Assembly (NCBI RefSeq): GCF_006345805.1
Contig: NW_021832120.1
Span: forward strand, 186,001-250,000
Reading direction: 5' to 3'
Length of the DNA: 64,000 nucleotides
Origin: Octopus sinensis
Taxonomy: Eukaryota
The notes beneath the pieces were generated by a model, which saw nothing but the letters and a program-made list of their open reading frames with translations, searched no databases and was not told the DNA's origin. Positions 50,664 to 62,700 of the stretch are shown one piece after another (within the stretch, counting starts at the first letter, position 1; each line of letters starts with the position of its first letter). The translations under genes were made by a program, and so were the position numbers.

Positions 50664-51079
50664 TAAATGAACAATCGTGGTTGATTCTTATAGTTTATTT
50701 CTTACCGTACTTAGTGATAAATAATAGATTCTAGATAAATTCTCTGATAATTTTTTAAACCAAGAAATGCCTCAATGCTATTTCCGTTGTTTTGACAATC
50801 CAAGTTACTTTTAAAATTTTAATAATGACTTTTTGTTTGTTTTCGTGTTGGTTATTCAGTAATTAGAAACCGGAGATTATTTTTTTAATTTATATCTGAC
50901 AGTTTTATTTTTATCAAGTTAAGACCAAAAAGTTGAGTTTTAGAAAATTTTAGAATTTAGTTTTTTACTGTAAAATTAATTAACGTGGCGTTATTTGGTT
51001 CACCAACTCGCTTGAATCTCGCAATTCAGACGTATTTGGAAACTCTCAGGGGGTACCAAACGCCCACCGGAAAAGAACC

Positions 51080-51990
51080 ATCAAAATTTGTTCCCCTGGT
51101 GACATTTTCGTCCCAGGACGATGCACCCTACTAACCTGAGAATTAACGTGGCCATGCACCAAGAAACCAAACTGTCGCCGAATGACCACACTCCTTCATT
51201 TCCGGGATACAAGGCTATCAGGCTGGACCGGAAAGGGAAAGGAGAAGGTGGCCTTCTCACTTTAATCAGAAACAACGTGAATTTCTCTGACATCTCAGCT
51301 GAAGTGAGGAACATCATCGAGGCTGACGAGACGGTGAAGATCAAAAGAGGAGTTGTCACCAGGAAAGTTCCCATTCCATACTATTACAAAGTGGCCAACT
51401 GGCCATGGTTCCAAGAGATATTGAACACGAGACTAAAAAATTGCAATCTGTTCAACTTTAGCTTTTTCGACAAGGTCACTGGCTTCTTCTCGAAGATCAT
51501 TCTGGAAGCAATGGCTATTCATAAACGTGCACCTCACGCTGCTTGTAGTCGAAGGATATCCGGTCTGGCCAAGGAGAGAAATCGCTTCAGTAAAGGAGGT
51601 GGAAGATACCTTGCAATCTACAAAATCTTCGTATTCTCACGGCCCGGACAAAATCCTGGCCATTCTATTAAAAAACCTTGGTGTCAAAGGAGTCAGGTTC
51701 CTAACATATATTTTCAACTATTCAATCAACAACAATGTGATTCCGTCAATATGGAAACAGGCCCTAATAAGGCCGATACTGAAGCCTGGAAGACCAAGAG
51801 GGGACCCGGCATCTTTCAGGCCTATTTCTCTGTTATGTTTGATGTCAAAAATCCTGGAAAGACTGGTTCTTTGCAGAATAGAAGATTTCTTACCCGAAAG
51901 ACATTTTCAACATGGGTTTAAGAAGGCGAAGTCCACGTTTTCGTACCTTCAAAGATACTTCAATCCGAATTTCCTCTGAAGCTAAAAATA
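51080..51990 (+). mobile_element. Internally deleted APE-RT LINE fragment, same family as 19372-22186
   Basis: HQETKL..FPGYKAIRLDR..GGLLTLI; SFRPISLLCLMSKILERL..FQHGFK. Confidence 0.85.
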
Positions 51991-52049
51991 TGGATTACCA
52001 ACTTCCTAAGTGGACGAAGGGGAAGGGTGTGCCTCGGTGGTCTGAAGTC

Positions 52050-52180
52050 CAAATACATTTATTAATTTTTATAATTAATTATGTCCAAAAAACTTGACAT
52101 CTTTTTTTCTTCATCATAGCGTAAATATCTGGTGTAAAATTCTGAGTTTCCGCCAATCCTAGAATCTCATTTAGATTAGT
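52050..52180. repeat. ~130-bp dispersed duplicate of 59900-60030 (looks like a gene 3' end on the minus strand)
   Basis: AAAACTTGACATCTTTTTT(T)CTTCATCATAGCGTAAATATCT..CCGCCAATCCTA..TTAGATTAGTGTGGT at both loci; minus frame HTNL(N/S)EILGLA..IYAMMKKKRCQVFG. Confidence 0.85.
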
Positions 52181-52324
52181 GTGGTCAAAATCTTGTAAAT
52201 GTACTACTCCAAAACCCGTACAAACTAGATCTAAATTAGAAAATTCAAACTTACAAAAAGCGAATCAATTTATGGTAATTGATGATCGAATTATTTTAAC
52301 TATTCAACCAACGATGATAATTAA

Positions 52325-52430
52325 TTATTTTTTAGCCGAGAAGAGGGGCAGCGGCCTGACGGACCGTCAAACTATTCCTTCTGAGAACGGCGATAGAGGA
52401 CCGCTGGAAAAGCCATTGATGATCGGTATT
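52325..52430 (-). mobile_element. Severely 5'-truncated CRE-like 3' tip
   Basis: QWLFQRSSIAVLRRNSLTVR then an A-rich tail; compare SWLFQRISLAILRGNCLSIR at ~46225-46285. Confidence 0.7.
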
Positions 52431-52699
52431 TTCAATTACTAATTCATAGTCTTTATCTAAAAAACGATAATAACAAAACACAAATTGGTTATCCGCATGG
52501 AAAATGAAATGGAGATAAAGACATTGGCATTCGCTATTCACCAAAATACCACTAGAAAATACTAAAGATTTATAAGAAGTGCAGTGAATTTTATTTTACA
52601 GTGAAAGCCCTATTATCTAACAAATTATAAAAGACTGCGAAATTTGTAAATTTGCTTGGCAATTAAAAGTATTTTTGAATAAATATACTTAGGTATCCG

Positions 52700-53170
52700 A
52701 TTCTAATTATCATATAACGGCAAGAAGTCCAAATAAAAAGTTCCAGCTACACCAAATTTGTAGTCTGCAAATCCGTAAAAAATAAATCTGCTTTTGGTAA
52801 AACTCAACATTTACTTTTAAAAGTTGGAAATAAGTTTAAAAAAAATTTTGTCAAATTTAAAAAACGGACAACGGATTGGAATTCAAAAATCAACTTATGG
52901 ATCAACTTTGCGAAGAAAATAAAATCACACATATTTATAAAAGACCAAACAAGCTCCAGTCACAAGTTTATACAATTTGAAATAAATCATGGTTTAATTG
53001 AGCGCTTTAATCAAACATTAACACGGGGTATGGGGAAACTGATGAATAAAGAAGGAACTAAAAATTGGAAATTTACTTTTTCATATAACACGACACATAA
53101 TTCGGCGATCAATGAGACCCCCTTCAAAATGTTTAGGGCTATTTTTGGAATTAACAGTGTGGTTCATGAA
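52700..53170 (+). mobile_element. Integrase catalytic-core remnant (gypsy/Ginger type)
   Basis: NHGLIERFNQTL..FSYNTTHNSAINETPF. Confidence 0.7.
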
Positions 53171-53229
53171 ATTATTATTTTAGCACATTCCGTAGGGACA
53201 TAAACAGAAAAGAGTTATATTCCTAAACG

Positions 53230-54960
53230 TGCACACACGCGACACGACCTTCTGTACCAACGATTTCCAGCTTCCGCGGTTTTGGGTCAGTATCCGAAGT
53301 TCGTTGAGATCATCACAGGTCTTTGGCTTTTCTTTAAAAGCCTCAGATTGTCTTGCACAACAACCGGTAAGGTTGGAATTTTACGTCATCTGATGAGAAG
53401 TATTTTTCCATTGTCATTTAGGGAGGTGAAGTTGAATCAATCCTCAAGATGTGTTTAAATAGCCTCCAGCGACCATTGACGATTTCCCGGCTGATCTTGT
53501 AATTAGTCGAGTTGCTGATTTTCTTTGGCCAGTGTAGGCAGTTCAGGGAACGAAGCTGGTTTCTGTAAAAAGAATCAAGGTTCTTTAAATCTGAATCAGA
53601 AATGCCCCATGTTGAGGAGTTGAAGAGTATTACAGGTTTGACAAAGGCGTTATAGACTCTAGACTCTAGAGTCTAGAGCGTAATGATGGGCCCATCGGTA
53701 GTGTCGTAACCAATTATTAATGACAGTTTTTAGAGCAACAACAGCCAGTGTTTTTCTGCCCATTATATCCTCCCGGTCACCAAGCAGTGAGCCAAGCTTC
53801 TTGGATAGTCTCAATGTTTCCATAAGTTGAGTGTCTGAGCGTGATATCTTAACCACTTCCGTCTTGTCCGGGTTCATTTTTAGAAACCATTCTTTGAGTT
53901 TTCCTGGTGCAATCTCCAGCAGTCTAGCCAGTACTGATCTGTCGCTCGACACGAAGTCGACATCATCCGTGTAGATAATTTCGGTGATTGACTCCCTGTA
54001 TAGGCTTCTCAGCTTTTGTAGGGCAGCTTCGAGGTAAATCACGAAGAGTAGTGGTGAAAGGGAGTCGCCCTGATAAGTTCCCACATTTCTTAAAAAGGGT
54101 CTGGACAAAGTCCTCCCAAGGCGGACAGTAAGTTCCGTGTTTGTCAGTAGTACCTGGATCATTCTGGTTTCATCCTCTTCTTAGAAGCTCCGCAGGATCT
54201 TCATTAGTAGATCTCGGTGAATGCTGTCAAAAGCTCTCGACATATCGATCCCCAGGATGATCTTTTGAATCTTTGATGGGTTGCACACCGCCATCGGTAG
54301 CCCCACAGAACGTCTGCAGTAGATCTTCCTTCTCTGAATCCGCTGTGGTTTGGCGACAGAAATATGTTCACTCTGTGCCCGATACGATCCAGCACGATTA
54401 ATAAGAGAATCTTCCTCAGGGAGTTCAGCAGGATAACCGGGCAAAGGTTTTCTACTGGACCAATAGGTTTGTTAGATTTTTGAATAGGTATTAGAATCCA
54501 GGATCCGAGTGGAAGTAAGTCGTTTTCAGTGAACATATAATTCAGAATGTTTGCTATATTGCTTAAGAGAGACTCGGATCCGTATTTTAAAAGCTCCGCA
54601 CTCATGTTGTCCGGCCCCGCAGCTTGATTGTTTTTCAGCCTGCTAGCTGCCTTTTTAACTTCATCCAGAGTAATTTTATTCTACAGAGGTTATGTTGGGG
54701 CAGAGAATAGTGATATCGGCTCCGTGTTCGTGTTGAATCGTTGTACCTGTTCCACCGAGTCAAATACTTTAGTTCCTTTATGGTTAGGAGTCGAAGTTTG
54801 GGGCTGCTTTTCTTCTCAATCGTCAACTTGCGCTCGTGTTGTTCAGCCGATGGGGTGAAAACATCTTGATGGGATAGTCTGGTAGTGTTCTTGTTCTTTG
54901 GATGTTTTCAACACATTTATCTGCGGCCTGATCCAGGCTTTATATTTTTGAGTGATTCTT
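53230..54960 (-). mobile_element. RTE-like LINE, RT region, frameshifted
   Basis: AAGPDNMSAELLKYG, PVILLNSLRKIL, SGFREGRSTADV, IDMSRAFDSI, GTYQGDSLSPLLF and YTDDVDF. Confidence 0.88.
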
Positions 54961-55434
54961 CGATCGATGATTTTAGATAGTTCATGAAATACCAGGTTAT
55001 AATCGCATTTATAATTTAGATTATAATAATGAGGGCTTGTTTGTAGAAAATGAACTTGATTGTAAATTTATTACGTATTTATTTTTAGAAACGAATAATA
55101 AAATTTTTGATTTTACTCCTCTAAAGATGAGAGTACACAGGCCAAAATATGATTTTGAAATAAGGAATGACGTATAATAATAATAACAGTTTAGATTCAA
55201 AGTTTGAAAGATTATGCTACACAGACTTGAATCCTCATATGAAGAAAAGGGTAAAGTAAAAAATATAATGTCTAATAACAGATTAATGGTTAGTAGTCTT
55301 TCCTAGGATTTAGATCCATAATGACAGAAATCAAAGCACTGAGTTTTAATTGCTGATCATCAATTCTGTCACCAATGAGCTCATATTCTCTCGTCTTTTT
55401 ATGAAAAATATTTTTCATAAACCAATAACAACTG

Positions 55435-55625
55435 TTTTAAACTGCCGATCGTTACGTTTTCCGGCCGGTTGCTGTCGAAACCCTAAAATCGATTGGGAAG
55501 GAGTCGTTGCGGTTCCTCAAGTGTATTGGACGTCTCAAGACCCTGATAACACAATCCTCTGGAGACGAGATGGCTCCTCCAAAACGTGTCCCAAGCATAG
55601 TGAGGGGAAACAGGATCAGTTCTTC
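55435..55625 (+). mobile_element. CRE-like 3' tip
   Basis: RYVFRPVAVETLKSIGKESLRFLKCIGR..SIVRGN. Confidence 0.7.
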
Positions 55626-56659
55626 TATACATACATTATTATTTTTACTGCTTTAAATAAAATACTTTTTTTTCATCTTTTATTTTTACAAAATAACAAT
55701 AACTCAGTTAAACACCACAAATTCTTTTAAAGTACTGTCTTTCTGTTTTAGATAATAAATTTGAAATTGACTTTTTAAATTCTTGTATTTTTTTCTCCAT
55801 TGCTCGTCTTATTTAATAAATAAATTCATTGGTCTCTTAGTTTGCTTTATTAAGATGTATTTCAGCTTTCCTGATGGTCTGGTTTGCGTGGAATGCCAAC
55901 AAAAAAGAATCACTGGAAATGTCTTAATTTGAATTAAACATTCTGATTTTTTACAGTTTGTGTTGAATAAAAAATGCCTTAATGATTAGATTCACAATAA
56001 TATGTTTGTGGCAGGGACAATTTCTCTTTTATTTAAATTTGATTTTAAACAGTTTAGAACCTTAAAGTATTGTCATTCTAATCAACAGAAACTATTTTAA
56101 ATGAAAAAAAATATTTTTATTTAACATTTAATAAAAAGGACATCTTTTTCCTTATATGTCCCGGGAAGCGCCCATTTTTTTGAATCGGTCTCACAATACC
56201 AAGGAGTGGCACTATTCAACATTTTTAGCCGGTAGCACAATACCATTGGTAGCACTGTGCTAACCGGCCATAGATATTAACACGTACTATTATGATCCCT
56301 TTATCTTCTCAAACCGATTTTTTTTAAATTACGGTATTAATTCAATCACAAATTAACTAAAATTAACAAATAATGTTCTATTTCTATCTCATAATTTTCT
56401 ATAAATACTATATTTATAGTTTACTTTTCATTTCCTGGTTGTTTTCCCATCATATGTCAGACAATCATATGGTTAACCACACTAAACCCTCGACAGAAAT
56501 CTTGTCTATGTGTAAATACAATTTATTGTTGCTTAAGATTAATTTGAATCTTTTTTTCTTATTTTGAATAAGCTATAAAAACAAATGAAAATATATAATC
56601 TAAAAGTTAATAAATAATTAAATAAAATAAAGTAATTAAATTTTCTTGTGGCAAACCAT

Positions 56660-56920
56660 ATGTCTCAAATGATGAGCCAAGAGGAGTACCAGAAAGAAAT
56701 ACAAAAAAACAACAACCATATATATGTTCCCTCAGTGGATGTAGAAAGATATACACAACATTAGAAGGTTTCAAAATGCATTTTAAAAACATTTACAACA
56801 CCTCTATGGCAAGGATTTAGCCTGGTTAACCATAATAAAAACAAAATACGACACTTTCATTTCCGAAAGCGAATTCAAACATATAATGGAATGGCTGGAA
56901 AAAGAAGCCTTTAAAAAAGT
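56660..56920 (+). pseudogene. BRPF1/BRD1 (peregrin)-like N-terminal fragment: C2H2 finger fused to the end of the EPL1 region
   Basis: QPYICSLSGCRKIYTTLEGFKMHF resembles recalled BRPF1 [24 protein letters not shown]; in another frame KDLAWLTII..FKHIMEWLEKEAF resembles EDYAWL..FEFLMDRFEKES. Two frameshifts and an apparent internal deletion. Confidence 0.55.
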
Positions 56921-56979
56921 TTTTTAATTATTTTAATTAATTATATTAATTAATTTAAAATTATAAATAAATTTTTATA

Positions 56980-57540
56980 GCAAAAAGGTCTGGTGGGTTT
57001 AGATGTGGAGTACGCATTGTGCGCGGTTTTTCTGGACGGGTCCTCAGTCTGTCCCAACTTGTAGAATGTGCTCGTTGAGTATTTCAGTAAGCTCAGAGAG
57101 ATCTTGGAGGTTCAATTCGGGGAAAATATGGTTAGTTTTGCTTATTCTATAAACAGAGTGGAGGATTGGAGGGGACAACAGTCCTTCCTGACTCCGTGGG
57201 AGAGACCATGGCTAAATTTGGACGATAATTTGACAGACGTTGTCGTATGGTCTGTTGGTGTGATTGGTGAAATGTAGATTAGGGGAGATAATTTGTCTGT
57301 TATTGTGAGTGTTCCGGAGGATTGGTGTTGAAGTAATGATATGAGGAGTTTATGAGTCTTTTGACGGTTTTTTTCGTCAATTGCCAAAGTTTAGGGTTTG
57401 GTTGTGTGTAGGCATTTTAATATGGAAACTCCTTCCCAGTCTGTCACTTGGCTTATTGATATTAACTTCTTTTAATGATCGACAGGTCTATAGTCATCAA
57501 TCTTAACAAATTTGGAGATAAATTCAGCCAGTAGCCTCTA
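56980..57540 (-). mobile_element. Degenerate non-LTR RT fragment
   Basis: GC-richer island with DDYRPV and SHGVRKDCCPLQSSTLF (decayed GVRQGCPLSP). Confidence 0.55.
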
Positions 57541-58792
57541 ATTGAAGCAAGTCATTTTATGAAGAACTATGAGAATGAGTGAAAAGAGTAATAAATAATT
57601 TGGGACAGAGGATCAAAGAGTTGTGTGGTACTTCCTTCTCGAAAAGGAAGAAAGTGATTAACTTAACGGACAACGGTCGGATTGACATCAATTAAATAAT
57701 ATTAGCTTAATTAATCTATGTATGGTTCATAAATCATGTTTTTAAACAAAGATTAAATGCTCTATATCGTGAAAAATTTGTAAAATGTTGGGACGACGGA
57801 AAAGACTAGAACTTTTTGTAGTTCAGTTGGATGTAAACAGTTTGGAGATAACCAAAGAAGTTTTCACTTTTGTACATCTAGACATTTTTATTAATAAGAC
57901 TAAAATAAAAAATTTTAATTAAAAATTTTTATAAAAATGTGGGCCATCAGGTTCCGAAGCTTTGTAGTTTAGAGTATTTTGCATTTTGCATCCAGCCTAT
58001 AGTTTTAGACATCTATTTAGAAGAATTTAAATACTTTTCTGAATTGACATGATTTTCCTCTTGTCTTTTTTCTCTCATATTTATTTATTTTTATTTTTCA
58101 AATAAAATACTAGAAACACTTTTCAACTTCTTTTTATGTAATCTTTGTTTCACATTTTACTACACTGAATGGCCAGATGATTACCAGTTTTATGTTTTTC
58201 TTGCAATGATTGGAGAATGATCCTATGGACACAAAAAACTCGTTTCTATCAAGATCGTAAATGTTTCGGATATAAGATTCATACAAAAAACACCATTTTG
58301 TTCTAAATATTCTAAAATATTGACTCAATGCATCTTAATCCTTAAACTTGTGACACTGTATATTAAAGGCAGTCGAGTTCCTACTGTAAAGAAAACGTGG
58401 TTTGTCTACGCGAATCATCCATGCTGAACATTTTCTCATTTGGGTCTAGTCAACACGTTCACAGAAATAAGTAATGTTGATCTATGTATATTGAATTGGC
58501 TGACATTGCACATAAATTTTTGTCGGTAAATAAGTTTAAATCTCTGTCACTGATTTTGAACAAGTCGCCTATCAAACCCTGCTAAAGAACAAAAATGAAA
58601 TGGAAATACTACTATAGCATCTCAAACTTATTTTTGAAACATATATTTATGATATTAACATGAAAACGTGTTAGAGTCCATCTACCTTTGACTCAACTTA
58701 CTCAAGTTTTCTTAAGCATGATCATTATAAAATCCAAGAAGACCAAAGTCATGTTTTCAAGCTCCGAAATTATTTTTTGTGTCAAAGTTTAA

Positions 58793-59185
58793 TTATAAAA
58801 CATCATCATCAGCAAACATATCAACAGTGACCTTTGGAATGACAGCAGAGGATTCATTGAGGACATCCTCAATCTGTTCGCACGTGAATTGATATATATT
58901 CATTTCCCCATCACTCACCAAACTGTCCGCCAATCCAATCAGTCTATCCAATCCCTTCGAGTCACCCCTTCCCTCGTCCTTTCCACATTTCCGCTTTCTT
59001 CCCCACCGCTTACTCGCCTTCCCTGTCGTCCCTGCCCCCAACCGACGAATCGCCTCAGAAACGGACTCCCCGGGGTTCACCAACTTGAGGATTTCATGGA
59101 AAATTGCAGCCCTGTCAACTTCCTCCACATTTTGGTTGGAATATTCCTGTTTTGGTGGCCTCGGGTTGAAGGTTTGTACGATCGT
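58793..59185 (-). pseudogene. CD2BP2: Intronless internal fragment of a CD2BP2/Lin1 (U5-52K)-like gene
   Basis: ILKLVNPGESVSEAIRRLG, LDRLIGLADSLVSDGEMNIYQFTCEQI and VDMFADD are colinear with recalled CD2BP2 motifs; the N-terminus and GYF domain are absent. Confidence 0.8.
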
Positions 59186-59189
59186 ACGA

Positions 59190-59440
59190 TCGTTTGCTGG
59201 CGAATATCTACCGCCAGTACTTCGAACCTTGTATTGCCTACGCTTGCGGATCATGGGGTCCGCGGCTATCGTGGTCCAACAGGAGGCGAATCGAGGAGAC
59301 CCAACAAAGGGCCCTCAGATTAACCAATCGTTGGTCGCATGATAGTCAACGCCCCGGTCCAGCTTCTCTGGAAGCGAATGCTCCGCCAAAAACGGCCCGA
59401 ACATTTGTAAAATCCCGAACAGTCGTTTCGGTTGATGAAA
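59190..59440 (+). mobile_element. 3' fragment of the APE-RT LINE family
   Basis: LANIYRQYFEPCIAYACGSWGPRLSWSNRRRIEETQQRALR parallels LYKQFIEPTIGYACAAWGSNLSWSNRLKIET in ORF 30216-30839. Confidence 0.85.
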
Positions 59441-59899
59441 AGACTCACCTTTGCGATTCCTATTATTTCTGCCCGTTTTTTCTGATAAAGGCGTGGTTTA
59501 AAATTGACACAAAAATAAGATATTTACATAACAGAGTTTTATCAAATTAAACTTGAAAAGTAAAACTTCAAACTAATCAAAAATATGTTAATTTATGGTC
59601 CTATTTTTTTATTTTACCGCAGAATATCTTAAGTTTGATAATTGTACACATTTTAGTATCATGATGATGCAATTCAATTGATAATATATAAGTCAGTTGA
59701 TAGACAAAAGATAAAATGAAAAATGTTAGCCTTGTCACAATACAAATTTGGTTATAAAAACATTTAGAGTTGTCAAATTTTTTTTTTCGCGGGCAAGATT
59801 ATTAATTTTTGATTTTTCGATTTAACACGGTATTTGTTCTCTATTATGATGTTAATAATATTTGGAAACTTTTTTGTTATTCAAAAACAGTAAACACTA

Positions 59900-60662
59900 C
59901 ATTTATTAATTTTTATAATTAAAATATGTCCCAAAAACTTGACATCTTTTTTTCTTCATCATAGCGTAAATATCTTGTGTGAAATCCTGAGTTACCGCCA
60001 ATCCTAAAATCTCACTTAGATTAGTGTGGTGAGCCTCAATCGAAATCTTGTTTGTTTATTCTCATTAATAGGAAATTAACAAACTCTTCGCAGAAAGGCT
60101 GTTAAGTTGAGATATTTCGGCAAGAAATATTTATAAGAGTCTAAGCTTATTATGGAAAATTTATTTTTCAGATATAAGTCATATTTTAAATCATGAAGAT
60201 CGAAATACAGTAAATTCATTTTCAAATTCACGGAAAATTTCAAAACAAATAGTCGAAGCACTCCTGTTATTTTCTCCTTTTAACTATTCATATCAACATT
60301 CGATGTGGTGAAAATTACACATTTCAAACAAGAAAAATCTTTCCGACTGTCAATTGCGTCTCCCATAATATTAGTTTCACGATGAAAACTAGTATGCATT
60401 CGAATTACTGGGTAAAAACTTTATTTCGTATTTGCAAACTTTTGTTAAGCGTTGTCAGGTTTTCTGTAATATCTACTAAAGATGCTAAGTCTAACTCTGA
60501 CTAATGCCTTACTGTACTTATTTTTTGCTCAAGTAGTGCATCAAACTTGTTTTTTCTCATTTTTCTCATCAGGTATTTTTGAGTATTTTGGGTTTGAAAA
60601 GTGTCACTTTTTGGTGATAATTTGCATTCTGTATCAACTCGAAATTTTGTTGAAAAGGGCAT
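59900..60662 (-). CDS. Possible micro-intron gene of unknown function, head-to-head with the ORF at 60814
   Basis: ATG at 60662 and a chain of open segments that can be joined over ~30-nt GT-AG introns; no recognisable domain; 3' end ambiguous. Confidence 0.35.
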
Positions 60663-60813
60663 CCACACAAGACAAGAAAAACAATTAAAATAATATAAAT
60701 CCAAAACAAAATAATTTTCCAATACGGTGAACGGTGAAATGATGTTTTTTATTTTTTATATTTTAAATATCTTATTTATTAAAAGGTAATTTTTTCAATA
60801 AAATATTTATATC

Positions 60814-61404
60814 ATGTGGAACATTTATTCAGCTTTCTGTAAATTTCATTTACAAACTTTTTTTAATCAAAGAACTTTTTCTTCACTTTTTAAACCCAAA
60901 AGATCAATATTTGATTTTTTCAGAAATAAAAACATTGACAAAGTCACTCCTGGGAATATTCTCATTTACCAAAGACAAAATGTAAATTATTTTCTCGGAT
61001 TTGCATATACTTGTCCATTTTTAACATTAAATGTAATTTACAAATATTCATGCGAAATATATAACGCAGAAACGATTGGAATTATCGGGACTTTACAGTA
61101 TTCTTTAATAGCTGTTTATTGTCTTTTTATGTTGTTTTTATCACATCGTTTCATTTCGTCAATTGTATTAAGAATATATTACAATTCGTCACAAAATATG
61201 TATACTCTTGTCAAACGAGGTTATACTATGAGGAAATACACTTTGGAATATAATCGAAAACAAGTTCGGCTTATTGATAACAAAATATTTCAAATACCAA
61301 ATCCCGTGATGCCAAATTTGTTGATTTTGGGACATAAGCTGACAGTTCTTCCCGATTATTTTCACTCATATAAATTATATCATCAAATGATTAATAGCAT
61401 ATAA
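60814..61404 (+). CDS. Single-exon, probably mitochondrial two-TM protein (TMEM70/TMEM186-like)
   Basis: 196-codon ORF with a basic, acid-poor N-terminus, LIY motif, two hydrophobic segments, then SIVLRIYYNSSQNMYT and a C-terminal pattern (PDYFHSYKLYHQM) like TMEM70-family proteins. Confidence 0.6.
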   Translation: MWNIYSAFCKFHLQTFFNQRTFSSLFKPKRSIFDFFRNKNIDKVTPGNILIYQRQNVNYFLGFAYTCPFLTLNVIYKYSCEIYNAETIGIIGTLQYSLIAVYCLFMLFLSHRFISSIVLRIYYNSSQNMYTLVKRGYTMRKYTLEYNRKQVRLIDNKIFQIPNPVMPNLLILGHKLTVLPDYFHSYKLYHQMINSI

Positions 61405-61678
61405 TCGTTTTTTAAATAAAATGATAATAGTAAAGTTATTTAATTTTGAGTAAGCTACATTCGGACACGGACTTTTCGTTATTTTTGTTTAGGCAATTGT
61501 TGAAGATTAAAAACGTTGATTATTTAATCAATTATTTAATAATATCTTTAAATAATAAAATACTATCTACAGAGTAGCTTATGAAGAATTCCGGAAATTC
61601 TATGTGAGACCAATCAAAGGACAAATTCAGACATTTTATTACACCAATTGACGACAATGAGAACTGAATTTGTGAATA

Positions 61679-62700
61679 CAGTGCGACCTCGAATTGGGAA
61701 AAACCAAGTAGCGGGGAAACCCTCTTTTGGGGGAAAACTTTGCTTTTGGGGAAATATTTGTGCCATTCCTATAAAATACGATGAAATGAAGAAAATGAGG
61801 AAATTTTTCCCTTACTGGGGAAAAATTTCATCTTATCATAAACGATTCATTAAAATTGAAATTATAAATTTTTAGTCTAGAAAACTAAATCAAAGTGAAA
61901 AGATTAGAATTTGCAAGGATATACAGTCGGGTCATAAGGATAAAATGATTTGTGAAGGATTTAATATCTCTAAAGGAATGCTATAACGACTAAAAAAGAA
62001 AAGGGAAGGAATCCTAGCTCAAGGTTTCTCAACATCCGATGGGACAATTGGATACGAATTGAATGCCCAAGTTTACGAGATTTTTAGTAATCTTAGGTCG
62101 ATAGGTTTCCCAATCAATGGGCAAAATTGCGTATAAAAATTCAAATCATGATTTCACTGCTTTGGATGGCTCTACGGATTAAAGAAACAATTCGAAATAA
62201 AATTCAGAATATTACATGGCGAATCATGATCAGCTTAATAAAAAAATGCGGAAAACTTCCAATCAACTTTCAATGATTTGCTTGAAAACTATGTGGGAGA
62301 AAACATTTTTAACTCTGATGAAACTGCATTATTTTATAAAGCTGTTTCTAAAAAGCGTTTTGCTGAAAGAAATGAATCACACAACGGACATAAAATAAGA
62401 AAAAAACGTATGACACACACTTCTTTTGTGTTGCAGTGACACAGGAGAAAAATATAAACCGCTTATAATTGGGCGTACGACATTTCTTTCAAAAAGCTTT
62501 GGAATATGACTGTTGGGAAAAAGAGGACATTGGAGAAAGTCTAATTAATTCCGATATTGTGGAAAATGCGATTTTTGAGAGTTTCTGGGATGATAACAGT
62601 AGTAATGAAGACGACTGGAGCGAACACATTCTGGAACATTTGGATGATCAACAAGTTATAAAAATGCTATGCGTACTCACAATGCTGCTAAATGTTATTA
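61679..62700 (+). mobile_element. Decayed Tigger-like transposon
   Basis: TA-preceded CAGTGCGACCTCGAATTGGG terminus; psq-like HTH (KIRICKDIQSG), GWLYGLKKQF, IFNSDETALFYK, TGEKYKPLIIG and an acidic tail. Confidence 0.8.

Noticed and set aside
51095-51125. Second 2A motif (GDIFVPGR) ahead of the LINE fragment
   Set aside because: Lacks the essential ExNPGP residues; may be chance or a decayed relic.
54980-55340. Possible micro-intron gene fragments here and at 57900-58560 and 48540-48960
   Set aside because: GT-AG spacings look gene-like but no continuous frame or recognisable product could be supported.
61922-61936. TACAGTCGGGTCATA as a TIR pairing with 63163-63176
   Set aside because: It lies inside the Tigger HTH coding frame (DIQSGHK) and the match is short; the 63163-63176 end has no supported partner.
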